Shown here: in pieces, positions 38,401 to 48,233 of the stretch
Position numbering within the stretch: position 1 is the first letter of the stretch
How the letters are laid out: each line of letters begins with the position of its first letter
Source: a virus
Lineage: Duplodnaviria > Caudoviricetes
Direction: 5' to 3' (one strand)
DNA: 64,000 bases
Virus record (IMG/VR): IMGVR_UViG_3300006169_000026
Location: 2,697 to 66,696 of that record
Notes under the pieces: model-generated
Seen by the model: the letters and a program-made list of their open reading frames with translations, nothing else
The model's database searches: none
What the model was told of the DNA's origin: nothing
Position numbers and translations under genes: made by a program

Positions 38401-39348
38401 ATGAGCCTGCTCATCATCGACGACGGATTCTTAGATCACGCGAAGTTCATTCGCGCGGTGCGCGTCGCTTCGTCTGCCGCGGTGCACCTGTGGCTCGGGC
38501 TCATGTGCTACTGCAAGCAGCAGCTCACGGACGGGCTCGTGCCGATCGACGTCGTGAGCGACGTGCACGGACCGGCTGCACGCTGGCGCGCGCGGGCTCT
38601 GCAATCGCTTATCGATGCCGGGCTGGTTGAGCGGGTCGACGAGAATACAATCAGAGTGCACGACTACCTCGACTGGAACGACAGCCGGGCGGAGGTCGAG
38701 CGCAAGTCGGCCGCTCGAAAGGCGGGCGCGAAGCGGCGCCGCGAGCTCGGTGCGATGTCGGACCGACAACAGGGTGACGACGCACCGACGACAGACCGAC
38801 AACAGGGTGATGCGGGGGCGACGCCGGAGCGACGACAACCAGTGTCGAACGATAACGACGAGTTGAGTGCTCGCGTTCCCACCCTATACGTAACGGAGAC
38901 GGGACGTAACGGAGACGTAGAAGATCCCCCTTTGACAGCCCCCGTCGATCCCGAGCCCACGCCGGCTCGGCGAAGGCGCTCGACACGCTCGGCGGCGTCG
39001 GGTACCAATCGGGAGTCGATATGCCCCGCCGACCTGAAGCCCGACCCGACCACCGCCGCGAAGGCGTGGGAGCTCGGCTTCACCGACGAGCAGCTCGCGA
39101 CCGAGCTCGGCACGATGATCGACTGGTCGCGCAGCAAGTCGGCGAAGCGCGCTGACTGGCAAGCGACGTTTCGCAACTGGCTGCGTAAGAGCGCAGAGCG
39201 CTACGGGCTGAAGCCCCGCAAGCCTCGCGACGCCGCGTGGGAGGAGCATCAGCGCAACCTGCGCGAGACCACCGAGCCCGTGAAAGCTCGGGCGCCGAAG
39301 CCTGCCGGGTACGAGCGCATGGTGGGAGGGCTCTTCGGTGGGGTCTGA
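38401..39348 (+). CDS. Phage replication initiator (O-like; winged helix + DnaT-like C-terminus)
   Basis: HLWLGLMCYC...TDG...IRVHDYLDWN; ADWQATFRNW; directly upstream of the helicase. Confidence 0.75.
   Translation: MSLLIIDDGFLDHAKFIRAVRVASSAAVHLWLGLMCYCKQQLTDGLVPIDVVSDVHGPAARWRARALQSLIDAGLVERVDENTIRVHDYLDWNDSRAEVERKSAARKAGAKRRRELGAMSDRQQGDDAPTTDRQQGDAGATPERRQPVSNDNDELSARVPTLYVTETGRNGDVEDPPLTAPVDPEPTPARRRRSTRSAASGTNRESICPADLKPDPTTAAKAWELGFTDEQLATELGTMIDWSRSKSAKRADWQATFRNWLRKSAERYGLKPRKPRDAAWEEHQRNLRETTEPVKARAPKPAGYERMVGGLFGGV
38761..38810 (+). repeat. Direct repeat GACCGACAACAGGGTGA x2 inside the initiator gene (candidate lytic origin)
   Basis: Copies at 38761-38777 and 38794-38810; degenerate third copy near 38830. 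Confidence 0.6.
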
Positions 39349-40762
39349 GCTCGCGCGCTTCCCGGCGAGGCCGCCGCACCACGACCCGGACGCCGAAGCC
39401 GCTGTGCTGAGCGCCGTGCTGCTCTCGCCGACGGTGCTCGACGAGCTGCGCGACGTCGTCGAACCGGACGACTTCCTGCTCACGCAACACCGGGTGCTTT
39501 ACGAAGCGCTGCTCGACCTCGACGACTCGCGCGTGACGATCGACACGGTGACCGTGAAGGCGAAGCTCGAAGCGCTCGGGAAGTGGACGCTGGTCGGCGG
39601 CGCGAAGTTCCTCGGCGAGATCATGGACGCGACGCCGTCCGTGGCAAACGTGCGCGAGCACGCGCGGCTCATCCGGCGGCTCGCGATGCTCCGCCGGATG
39701 GGCAACACGCTCCGCGACCTGGCGGTCCGCGCAGCGGCGGTCGAGTCGCGGGGCGACGTCGAGGCGTTCCTGCACACGTGCGAGAGCGAGGTCTTCACCG
39801 CCAGCGCCGCCAGCACGGAGCGCGAGACGGGCCGCTCGATGCGGCAGATCGTGACGCACACGCTCGGCGCGCTCGACCCGATGAAGCCGCGGGAGGGGCG
39901 GGGCATCACGACGGGGCTCCAGGATCTCGACCGGCTGACGCTCGGCTTCCGTCCGGGCGAGCTCGTGATCCTGGCCGCGCGCACCGGCAAAGGGAAGACC
40001 TCGCTCGCGCTCGGCATGGCGCTGTCGGTCGCGCATACGACCCGGCACGTCGTGATGTTCTCGATGGAGATGGGCCACGACGAGCTCGGCGAGCGGGCGC
40101 TCTCGAGCGAGAGCGGCGTCGCGCACGACAACATCATCTCGGGCAACCTCTCGCAAACGCACTGGGCGCACGTGATGGACGCGGGGCGCGCGCTCGGATC
40201 GCTGCCGTTCTACGTCGACGACATGTCGCGGCTCACGCCGTCGCGGCTCCGCTCACGGCTCCGGCGCCACGCGACCGAGCTCCGCAAAGCGCACGGCGGG
40301 GGCCGGCTCGCCCTGGTCGTCGTCGATTACGTGCAGCTGATGGCGTGGGAGCAGCCGCTCAAAGCCCGGCACGAGGAGCTCGAGAACATCTCGCGCTCGC
40401 TGAAGCTCATCGCAAAGGAGTTCAACGTTACGGTGCTCGCGCTCTCCCAGCTCAGCCGCCCGCCGAAGGGGCTGGCGCGCGAGCCCGAGCCGACGCTCAA
40501 CGACCTGCGCGGATCGGGCGCGCTCGAGCAGGACGCCGACAAGGTGCTCTTCATCCACCGGGACGAAGCTCCGGGCGAAGAGCGGGGCGAGACGAAGATC
40601 ATCCTGGCGAAGGGTCGCAACATCCGGACCGGCTACGTCAACGTGCGATGGGAGCCCTGGTGTGTGCGCTACCGCGACAGCGCGTCGCGTCGCTTCGACT
40701 TCGACCCGCGCACGGGCGAGAAGCCCGACGACGACTTCGGGCCGACGAGCTACGACCCGTGA
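39338..40762 (+). CDS. dnaB: Replicative DNA helicase
   Basis: PPHHDPDAEAAVL, LAARTGKGKTSL, FSMEM, VVVDYVQLM, ALSQLSR, LRGSGALEQDADKV. Confidence 0.95.
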   Translation: MGSELARFPARPPHHDPDAEAAVLSAVLLSPTVLDELRDVVEPDDFLLTQHRVLYEALLDLDDSRVTIDTVTVKAKLEALGKWTLVGGAKFLGEIMDATPSVANVREHARLIRRLAMLRRMGNTLRDLAVRAAAVESRGDVEAFLHTCESEVFTASAASTERETGRSMRQIVTHTLGALDPMKPREGRGITTGLQDLDRLTLGFRPGELVILAARTGKGKTSLALGMALSVAHTTRHVVMFSMEMGHDELGERALSSESGVAHDNIISGNLSQTHWAHVMDAGRALGSLPFYVDDMSRLTPSRLRSRLRRHATELRKAHGGGRLALVVVDYVQLMAWEQPLKARHEELENISRSLKLIAKEFNVTVLALSQLSRPPKGLAREPEPTLNDLRGSGALEQDADKVLFIHRDEAPGEERGETKIILAKGRNIRTGYVNVRWEPWCVRYRDSASRRFDFDPRTGEKPDDDFGPTSYDP

Positions 40763-40975
40763 CCCGCTGGCGCGCTGGCGCCGTCTGGCCGCGACTCCCG
40801 GACCCTCGAATGGAAAGCTCGAGGGCGGGGCGTTTGCGCGCCGGGAAAACATGGATCGGAAGGTGGGAGAAGTTGATCCATGTACCGGTGATGGCGAAGC
40901 CGAGCGGCGCTCGCGGGCGTTGCGCGCGCTCGACGCGATCCCGTACCCTCGAGGCTCCAACCTACGGAGGCGCAC

Positions 40976-41347
40976 GTGGCTGAAGAAACCAGAACGGGAA
41001 TGAAGCAGGTCGAGCTCACGGAAGAGGAGCGCAACGAACGCGCTCGCAGGCAGTCGGCCGAGCAGGTGTCGCTCGACAACCTGTACGCGATGAAGGAATC
41101 GCACAACCGCGAGTGGAACGAGCAGATCAAACAACACGAGAAGCTCATCTCGCAGCTCGCGCAGGAAGCCGAGACCGGCAAAGCGTGGGTGCCCGCGCAG
41201 ACCAGCATGTTCGACGGCCCGCCCGAGAACGACGGCGGCGACGATCCGGACACGGAAGCATCGAGCGACGACGAAGACCCGGCGCCGGCACGCCGCCGCA
41301 AGCGCGGCCGTCGCGGCAACGGAGCATCGGCAGGGGCCGCAGCCTAA
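40976..41347 (+). CDS. Hypothetical protein
   Basis: 123 aa, coiled coil with acidic/basic tail. Confidence 0.55.
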   Translation: MAEETRTGMKQVELTEEERNERARRQSAEQVSLDNLYAMKESHNREWNEQIKQHEKLISQLAQEAETGKAWVPAQTSMFDGPPENDGGDDPDTEASSDDEDPAPARRRKRGRRGNGASAGAAA

Positions 41348-41351
41348 GCCG

Positions 41352-41891
41352 GTGATCATCGTCGGCGTCGACCCGGGCTTCGCGCACCTCGGGCTGGCGG
41401 TGCTCGAGCTGAAGCCCACGAGCACGCGCGTGCTCCATCACGAGACCTTCCAGACGCGGTCGACCGACGACGACGGCGACCGCCTGGACTCGATCGCGGA
41501 GCGCCTGCTCGACCTGCTCGAAGAGCACGAGCCGGACGCCGTCGGGTACGAGAACCAGGCCGGGGTGCTCGTCGGTAAGAGCGAGCGGGATCAGCCCGTC
41601 ACCTTCGCGAGCATGCGCGTGCACGAGGTGGCGGGCATCATCCGTTGCGCGGCGCGCGCGTTCGACATGCCGGTGTACGTGATGGCGCCGAGCTCGGTGA
41701 AGGTCGCGGTGCTCGGCAAGGGCGGGGGCCGGGCGAAGAAAAGCGTCGTCAAAGACCGCGTGCGCCGGATGTTCCATCTCGGCCAGTGCAGCGAGCACGT
41801 CGCCGACGCCGTCGCGATCGCGGTCGGCACCGGCGTGCGGCACAGGCGACACGTTGCCACGGTCACCCGGCACGCGTCGCTGATCCATTGA
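41352..41891 (+). CDS. ruvC: RuvC-like Holliday junction resolvase
   Basis: IIVGVDPGFAHLG, VGYEN, HVADAVAIA. Confidence 0.9.
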   Translation: MIIVGVDPGFAHLGLAVLELKPTSTRVLHHETFQTRSTDDDGDRLDSIAERLLDLLEEHEPDAVGYENQAGVLVGKSERDQPVTFASMRVHEVAGIIRCAARAFDMPVYVMAPSSVKVAVLGKGGGRAKKSVVKDRVRRMFHLGQCSEHVADAVAIAVGTGVRHRRHVATVTRHASLIH

Positions 41892-41923
41892 CGGCCCCGG
41901 CGCGTGCGCGGCACGCTTCGGAG

Positions 41924-42349
41924 ATGAGCCGATCCAAACATCACGACACGACCGAAACGAAGACCGAGACCGAGAGCCCCGCAGCTGGTGAAGGAGCGCC
42001 CCCCGCGGCTGCGCCCGCGGACGCGGTGCCGCCCGCGGCCACGCAGAGCGCAGCCGAGAGCGCCAACCTGAAGAGCCCCGAAGGCGGCGGCACGGACCCG
42101 GCAGCGCAGGCGAAGATCAGCGCGCAGGCGGGGATCAAGAGCGGCGATCTCGCGAGCGAGCTGGGCGCGCTCCCGAACATCCCGGCGCTCGACGGCATCA
42201 AAGCCAACGCCCGCGCGGGGTACTACAAGAGCGTGCCCGCGGAGCAGCTCGCCGCCGACCTGGGCGCCGTGAGCTTCGAGAGCGAGGAGCACGCGAAGAT
42301 CCGGGACGCGCTCGTCGAGCGCGCGAAGGGCGGGGCGTTCAGCAAGTGA
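41924..42349 (+). CDS. Hypothetical protein
   Basis: MSRSKHH..., 141 aa. Confidence 0.55.
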   Translation: MSRSKHHDTTETKTETESPAAGEGAPPAAAPADAVPPAATQSAAESANLKSPEGGGTDPAAQAKISAQAGIKSGDLASELGALPNIPALDGIKANARAGYYKSVPAEQLAADLGAVSFESEEHAKIRDALVERAKGGAFSK

Positions 42350-42390
42350 GGGCAGGGGCGGGGGCCGCGCTGGCGCAGCCCCCGCTCGGC

Positions 42391-42663
42391 TTACTCGCCG
42401 CGCTCGCGTCTGTCCTTCGCCTCCTGCATCAGGTGGTCCGCGAGCTGGGTGCGTTCGCTGTCGGGCTCGTGCTCGGCTTCGACCGGTTCGCTCGGGTCGG
42501 CCTCGCCGACGTCGATCGTGGTATCGAGCAACTCGAATGACTCGCCCTCGAGCAGCATGTCGCCCACGGAAGAATCGGTGATGAGCGCTTCGAGCGCTCG
42601 CTCGAGCGCCCGCTCGTCGGCGTCGGACGCGACGCGCAACTCGATGCGGATGGTTCGTTTCAT
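42391..42663 (-). CDS. Hypothetical acidic protein
   Basis: MKRTIRIEL...; last gene of the leftward early array. Confidence 0.55.
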   Translation of the reverse strand: MKRTIRIELRVASDADERALERALEALITDSSVGDMLLEGESFELLDTTIDVGEADPSEPVEAEHEPDSERTQLADHLMQEAKDRRERGE

Positions 42664-42893
42664 TGGTCTCGGTCCCTTCTGTCGGGTCGCTGCGCGAGCA
42701 AGCTCACGAGCAACCGGTGAGCGATGTCCGCCCGGCGCATGCCGGCGGCGGTCTCGTCGGCGCAGGCGCGATGCCAGATCGCGAGCGCGCGGTCGAGCTT
42801 CTCCTGCCATCCGGGCGGGGGTAGGTGACGGGCGAGGCCGACCGCCAAGACGACCTCGCCCGTCGTGGTCGGGCGCTGGGAGAAGCTCTTCAC
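42660..42893 (-). CDS. Hypothetical protein
   Basis: GTG start with 4-nt overlaps. Confidence 0.45.
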   Translation of the reverse strand: MKSFSQRPTTTGEVVLAVGLARHLPPPGWQEKLDRALAIWHRACADETAAGMRRADIAHRLLVSLLAQRPDRRDRDQ

Positions 42894-43096
42894 CGTCGCG
42901 CCCTTCCGTTGCTGGTTGTAACCGACCGCGGGCGCGGCTGGCAACCGGGGCACACGTCGACGAGGCGCTGAGCGCTCACGCGGCGGAGAGCCCAGCCATC
43001 GGTGCCGCGGACGTCGTCGGTCGAGAGCGCGCCGCAGTCAGCGCAGCACAGCACCATCTCGACGCCCTCTTCGAGCGGCATCAGCGCGCGGATCAT
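42890..43096 (-). CDS. Small zinc-finger protein
   Basis: CADC...CPGC. Confidence 0.5.
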   Translation of the reverse strand: MIRALMPLEEGVEMVLCCADCGALSTDDVRGTDGWALRRVSAQRLVDVCPGCQPRPRSVTTSNGRARR

Positions 43097-43614
43097 GATG
43101 CCTTGAAGAAGCCCAGGCGCAGCGTTTGAACGGCGCCTTCGGCGGCGAAGATGAAGCCAGCGGGCGCGGCCTTGTCGAGCGCGACCATGATCTCGGAAAG
43201 CGCGTCGTCGCTCGCCCCGCTATCCCAGTGCGGGTGGTCGTCCTGCTCGAGCGCCCCCGGCGGCACCTTCGCGAGATGCGACTCGGGCCCGGTCACGCGC
43301 GCGTGCGCGTCGGCGTCGAGCACCTGGAGCACGGCGAGCATTCGCGCGAGCACGAGACGCGGCACGTGCACGTCTTCGCTCACGATGAGAAAGCCCTGTT
43401 GCGCGCACATCTCGCGCAGGGTCTCGGCGGGGGGCGGCACCGTGAGCGCTTCGCTCGCGTCGACGGGCTCGGCTTCGCCGCCGTACGCGTCGGCGTTCTG
43501 ACACTCGCGGTCCGGGGCGCACCCGGTATCTTCGCACTCGTGACAGAGCGCGCCGGGCTCGCCGATGGCGATCTCGAAACAGTCGCGGCAGGCGCAGGGA
43601 ACGTAACCAGACAT
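43093..43614 (-). CDS. Hypothetical Cys-rich early protein
   Basis: SD GGAGAAGCTCATG; CACRDC...CHECEDTGC. Confidence 0.6.
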   Translation of the reverse strand: MSGYVPCACRDCFEIAIGEPGALCHECEDTGCAPDRECQNADAYGGEAEPVDASEALTVPPPAETLREMCAQQGFLIVSEDVHVPRLVLARMLAVLQVLDADAHARVTGPESHLAKVPPGALEQDDHPHWDSGASDDALSEIMVALDKAAPAGFIFAAEGAVQTLRLGFFKAS

Positions 43615-43651
43615 GAGCTTCTCCGTGGTGATGGCCCCGGGTTTGGCGGTG
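43612..43651 (-). repeat. Early-gene leader cassette CACCGCCAAACC-N-GGAGAAGCTCATG, copy 1 (others at 44210-44250 and 45838-45873)
   Basis: Three near-identical two-part motifs upstream of three leftward genes. Confidence 0.75.
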
Positions 43652-43720
43652 GGGCGTGGGCGGTGCTGGCGCACCCTTCGGCGCCGGACCCGTTGCCAGG
43701 TGCGGCGCCGCGTGGGCGGG

Positions 43721-44212
43721 TCAGGCGGCGCGGTACGCGGCGCGGAGCGCGGTCAACATCTTCGGCGTGAGCTTCGCGTTCGCAACCAGCGGGCGGCAGT
43801 CGCCACCGGCGTTGGCGTAGACGCGGAGCGCCTTCGCGGCGGCTTCGAAGCCGCTCTTCTCGGTGACATCGTAGAGCGCGTCGCGGACGGCTTCAGCGGC
43901 GAGGCCCAGGGACACGCGACCGGTGAGCACCGGGCGACCGTCGCGGACTTCGACCTCGGCGGTGCGATAGTCGGCGACGCCAGCGCGATCCTGCGCGGCG
44001 CGGAGGTGGGCGGCGAGCGCCGCGTTGTCGAGCTGGGCGGCAGCGTCGCGAGCAGCGCGACAGGTGGGGCAAGCGAACTCGACAGCGGCGCGGCCGAAGT
44101 GGCCGGTGGTGTGGCGCCACGCGGTGCCCTTGCCGGTGCAGCCGTAGATGGCAGCCCAGACATCGGGGTAGGTGTTGCAGGGCTTCGCGGCGCGGGCGGT
44201 CTTCCAAGACAT
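43721..44212 (-). CDS. Hypothetical early protein
   Basis: 163 aa; same leader cassette. Confidence 0.6.
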   Translation of the reverse strand: MSWKTARAAKPCNTYPDVWAAIYGCTGKGTAWRHTTGHFGRAAVEFACPTCRAARDAAAQLDNAALAAHLRAAQDRAGVADYRTAEVEVRDGRPVLTGRVSLGLAAEAVRDALYDVTEKSGFEAAAKALRVYANAGGDCRPLVANAKLTPKMLTALRAAYRAA

Positions 44213-44350
44213 GAGCTTCTCCGTTTCGGGGCGCCGCGGGTTTGGCGGTGCAGCGCGTCCGTCAATTAATGATGGCAGGCGTTTGCCGCCAAAGCCGGCA
44301 CACCCGAGCGATTTTGATCGCCGCTTTGGAGCGTGCCGGCCTGACTCGGA

Positions 44351-45196
44351 TCAGCGAACGCGCTTGACGTTGATCTCGTAGACGCCGCCGCCAACGGTGA
44401 GCGTGACTGTGGTGCCGTCGCGCGTGATGTCCGCGCCCTTCGCGCCGAAGTGCTCGCTCACGAGCGCGGGCTCGATAGCCCCGTGCAGCATATCGGCGAT
44501 GGCGTCCGCCGACGGCGCTAGCTCGCGCGCGCGCGCAGCGATGCGCTCGAAGAGCCGCTGCCGCTGGTCTGGCGTGAGCGAGGCCGCGTCTTCGACGAAG
44601 CTATCGAAGAGCCCGGCAGCGACGGGCTTGCCGAACATCTCGTCGGCGACGTCTTTGCCGCGCTCGATGAGGGCTTCGACGTCGTTGCCGTTGGCGGCCG
44701 CCGCCGCCGGGATCTGCTCGGCGGGCGATGTCCAGCAATCCACCGCATCGAGCCAACTGTCGGCCGCGAGTGCTCGCGCGAGCGCGTCACCGGGCTTCTT
44801 CGCGTCGACGTGCAGACCGAGCTTGCCGTCCTGGTGCATGCGCAGCGTCCACGGGTCGGGCCCGGGCTCGAGCGAGATCGGGCCGAAGCGGCGCCGGCCC
44901 TCGGCGAATTGCGCGTTGATGCGCGCGGCGAGCGGGTCGAGCGCTTCCTCCGCGTAGCGGACATCTACGAAGCAGTTACCGCCGCCGAGGATCTCGCCCG
45001 TGGCCTCATCGCGGCGCACGTTCTCGTGCTGGTTCGCGATGCGCTCGACCACCGTGAGCGGGACTTCGACGCGCTTGATCGTGACGTAGACAGTCGAGCC
45101 GAGCGAGTAGCCCTTGTTATACACGCTCACGTCGCCTTTGCCGAAGCCTTCGGCTGCGAGCGCCGCGCGGATCGCCTTGCTGATCACGACGGTCAC
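44351..45196 (-). CDS. Hypothetical early protein
   Basis: 281 aa; VSVYNKGYSLGSTVYVTIK...TGEILGGGNCFVDV looks like a conserved phage domain. Confidence 0.55.
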   Translation of the reverse strand: MTVVISKAIRAALAAEGFGKGDVSVYNKGYSLGSTVYVTIKRVEVPLTVVERIANQHENVRRDEATGEILGGGNCFVDVRYAEEALDPLAARINAQFAEGRRRFGPISLEPGPDPWTLRMHQDGKLGLHVDAKKPGDALARALAADSWLDAVDCWTSPAEQIPAAAAANGNDVEALIERGKDVADEMFGKPVAAGLFDSFVEDAASLTPDQRQRLFERIAARARELAPSADAIADMLHGAIEPALVSEHFGAKGADITRDGTTVTLTVGGGVYEINVKRVR

Positions 45197-45498
45197 AGCG
45201 CCACCTCACGAAGCCGGAGCAGCGCGCGGCACGTGTGCGGCAACGCCGGGTTGCCGGTGCGCTCGAGGTAGTAGCGGGTCGCGACCTTCGCGCCAGCGGC
45301 AGCCGCCGCGCTGTCGGTCTGCTCGGGCAGCGCGTCGGCTTCGGCAACCAGCGTCAGGAGCGTTTCGTCGGCGAGGTCTTCGACGGTCACGCCATCGCTC
45401 TCCGGCAGCGTCGCGTCGAACGCGTCGAGGCTCGCTGCGATGTAAGCGCGCTGCACGTCCGTGAGCGCGTCGAGCCACTCTTCGAAGGTGCGGCTCAC
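45193..45498 (-). CDS. Hypothetical acidic protein
   Basis: GTGA overlaps at both ends. Confidence 0.5.
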   Translation of the reverse strand: MSRTFEEWLDALTDVQRAYIAASLDAFDATLPESDGVTVEDLADETLLTLVAEADALPEQTDSAAAAAGAKVATRYYLERTGNPALPHTCRALLRLREVAL

Positions 45499-45833
45499 TG
45501 CGCCACCTCGATGATGCCCATCTCGACCAGCATGTCGGCGGGCCAGAAACCGTTGGTCCCGCAGGCGTCGATCGCGATCTCCATCGCGACGTCGTTGCTC
45601 ATGTCGGACGGGAAGGTGAACTCGATGATGCCGCGCCGAGCGTCGCTGGCGCTGATGTCGATGTGCGCGTAGCCCTCCGACGCGATCTCTTCGAGCGTGG
45701 CGGCCACCTTGTACGCGGCGGCGGTGAGCAGGCGGGGGCTGCTGGCGGTGGGCTCGTGCACCATCAGGTGGACGCGAGCGAGGCCGTCGCGGACGACACC
45801 GGCGACGTGAGCGAAAATGATCGGGGCGGACAT
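45495..45833 (-). CDS. Hypothetical early protein
   Basis: MSAPIIF...; leader cassette copy 3. Confidence 0.55.
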   Translation of the reverse strand: MSAPIIFAHVAGVVRDGLARVHLMVHEPTASSPRLLTAAAYKVAATLEEIASEGYAHIDISASDARRGIIEFTFPSDMSNDVAMEIAIDACGTNGFWPADMLVEMGIIEVAQ

Positions 45834-46111
45834 GGGATGAGCTTCTCCTGCCCGGGCGCGAGGTTTGGCGGTGCGCACCGGACAATGGAATCATGGATCA
45901 CTTTTGCCGTCCGAGCCGGCACACTCCCGCGGATTCCCCTGATTTTGCCGGCCGTTTTGACTCGTCGTCCCGTAAAGGACGGATCACGGACAGCATCAGG
46001 GACAGCCCCGGGGAGGGGTGTTTGATGGGTGTGGGCGCGGCTGTGGGCCCCTCTCGCACGCGCGCGCGTGGGGTTGCGCTGCCCGGTGGTGATCTGCGAT
46101 AACGGCCGAAC

Positions 46112-46798
46112 ATGGCGGGACCAAAGGGCGGGGGTAACGCTCGCGCACCACGCGGCAACGGCAGACCATCGTCGGCGCCGCAGACGTCGAAGCCACGCGC
46201 GAGCCGCAAGCCAGCCGCGCCGGAGCCGGCAGCCTCGCCGCTGGGAGCCGTGGACGGGCTGATGCCGAGCACGGACCCGACGCGCCCCGACTTCGCGTGG
46301 TGGCCCATCGATCGCGTGAAGCCCTGGGTGCAGAACCCGCGGAAGAACGCGCGCGCGGTGGGGAAGGTCGCCGACTCGATCCGCCGGTGGGGCTTCGGGC
46401 GGCCGCTGGTCGTGAACGACTGGCGCGGCTGCGAGGGGGAACTCATCGTCGGCCACACCGCGTGGCTCGCGGCGCTCGAGCTGGGCGTAGAGCAGGTGCC
46501 GGTCCGCATCCGCCGGATGGAGCCAGCGGCCGCGCACGCGCTGGCGATCGCCGATAACAAGCTCGGCGAGATCAGCGACTGGGATCCGGACGAGCTCGGG
46601 CGCATCGTCGGCTCGGGCGAGATCAGCGGGGGCGACCTGGCGCTCGCCGGCTTCAGCGACGCCGAGCTCGAGATTCTACGCAACCCGCCAGCGCCGGGCT
46701 CGACCACCATCGCAGCGACCACCGAGTGCGCCTGCCCGAAGTGCGGCCACAAGTTCACCCTCGAGCGCAGCGGGAAGAAGCCACGCGAGGCGGCGTGA
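46112..46798 (+). CDS. ParB/Srx N-terminal-domain protein
   Basis: IDRVKPWVQNPRKN...SIRRWGFGRPLVV...LIVGH...ALAIADNKL; C-terminal CPKCGHKF; start uncertain. Confidence 0.8.
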   Translation: MAGPKGGGNARAPRGNGRPSSAPQTSKPRASRKPAAPEPAASPLGAVDGLMPSTDPTRPDFAWWPIDRVKPWVQNPRKNARAVGKVADSIRRWGFGRPLVVNDWRGCEGELIVGHTAWLAALELGVEQVPVRIRRMEPAAAHALAIADNKLGEISDWDPDELGRIVGSGEISGGDLALAGFSDAELEILRNPPAPGSTTIAATTECACPKCGHKFTLERSGKKPREAA

Positions 46799-47517
46799 GC
46801 CTGCACACGTTCTTCGCATACTTCGGTAGCAAGTGGCGCGTGGCGCACCTGTACCCGTCGCCGCTGCACGAGACGATCATCGAGCCATTCGCCGGCTCGG
46901 CAGGGTATTCGGTGCGCCATCACCATCGGCGAGTGATCCTCGTCGAGAAGGATCCGCGTGTCGCGAGCATCTGGCGGTATCTGCTGCGCGCATCACCGCG
47001 CGAGCTGCTCGCGCTACCGGACCTGCCGCGTGGTGGTGTCGTCGACGATCTGCGCGTCTGCGAGGAAGCGCGTTGGCTCATCGCATATAATGTGAACCGC
47101 AGCGCTGGCGGCCCGCGGCAAAGCTTCACGACGTGGAGTGAGAGCAGCCCGCATAGCGTGTGGGGTCGGACACTCCGCGCGCGTCTCGCGATGCAGGTAG
47201 ATAAGATCCGGCATTGGCAGATCTTCGAGGGCGACTATACGAGCGCGCCAGACGTCGAGGCGACGTGGTTCGTCGACCCGCCGTACGAAGTTCAGGGGGC
47301 GCATTATCGACACGGAGTCAAGCGGCTTGATTTGGCTGGCGTCGGCGCCTGGTGTAGAGCCCGGCGCGGGCAGGTCATCGTTTGCGAGAACGAAGGCGCG
47401 ACATGGTTGCCCTTCCGCGCTCTCGCCACCGTGCGTGGATCCATTCGCGGCAGCGGCGATCCAGATGATGGCATCAGTCGCGAAGCCATCTGGACGAACG
47501 ACAGCGAGGCTGCGTGA
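46795..47517 (+). CDS. DNA adenine methyltransferase (D12/alpha class) 1
   Basis: YFGSKW, EPFAGS, FVDPPY. Confidence 0.85.
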   Translation: MSLHTFFAYFGSKWRVAHLYPSPLHETIIEPFAGSAGYSVRHHHRRVILVEKDPRVASIWRYLLRASPRELLALPDLPRGGVVDDLRVCEEARWLIAYNVNRSAGGPRQSFTTWSESSPHSVWGRTLRARLAMQVDKIRHWQIFEGDYTSAPDVEATWFVDPPYEVQGAHYRHGVKRLDLAGVGAWCRARRGQVIVCENEGATWLPFRALATVRGSIRGSGDPDDGISREAIWTNDSEAA

Positions 47518-48233
47518 GCATCAGCACATTCTTCAGCTACTACGGCGGGAAGTGGCGACTCGCGCCGCGGTATCCGAAGCCGCTGCACGAGACGATCATC
47601 GAGCCATTCGCCGGGAGCGCCGGCTACTCGACGCGCCACCATCGTCACAAGGTGATCCTCATCGACAAGGATCCCATCATCGCGGGGATCTGGCGCTACC
47701 TGCTCAGCGCGACCGAAGCTCAGATCATGCGGTTGCCCGAGCTTGCCGACGGTCAGAAGGTGCGCGAGCTCGACATCTCGCCGGTCGAGCAGAACCTCAT
47801 CGGATACTGGGTGCAGATGGCCACGGCCAGCCCCGCCCAGTCGCGGTCGAGCTGGGCGAAGAAGCACGAGCCGGGGGCATTTTGGGGGCGCGCGACGAAG
47901 GCTCGCATCGCCGCGCAGCTGTCGAAGATCCGCCACTGGCAGATCATCGAGGGAACGTACGCCGATGCACCGGACATCGAGGCGACATGGTTCGTCGACC
48001 CGCCATACATCGACATGGGCAAGCACTACCGGTGCAGCGCCGACGCCATCAACTTCGGCCATCTCGGCGCCTGGTGCCGCTCGCGGCGCGGGCAGGTGAT
48101 GGTCTGCGAAAACGCCGGCGCGAAGTGGCTGCCGTTCCGCCCATTCGTTACGGTGGGCTCGGCGTACGGGAGCACCGCCGAAGTCATCTGGACGAACGAT
48201 GCCGAAGAAGCGCCGAGCCAAGCCAGCGCGTGA
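47514..48233 (+). CDS. DNA adenine methyltransferase (D12/alpha class) 2
   Basis: YYGGKW, EPFAGS, FVDPPY; paralog of the previous gene. Confidence 0.85.
   Translation: MSISTFFSYYGGKWRLAPRYPKPLHETIIEPFAGSAGYSTRHHRHKVILIDKDPIIAGIWRYLLSATEAQIMRLPELADGQKVRELDISPVEQNLIGYWVQMATASPAQSRSSWAKKHEPGAFWGRATKARIAAQLSKIRHWQIIEGTYADAPDIEATWFVDPPYIDMGKHYRCSADAINFGHLGAWCRSRRGQVMVCENAGAKWLPFRPFVTVGSAYGSTAEVIWTNDAEEAPSQASA

Noticed and set aside
46112-46798. ParB-domain protein as the partner of ParA
   Set aside because: It lacks an evident HTH, lies 14 kb away and sits with MTases as is common in phages; ParA already has an adjacent RHH gene.
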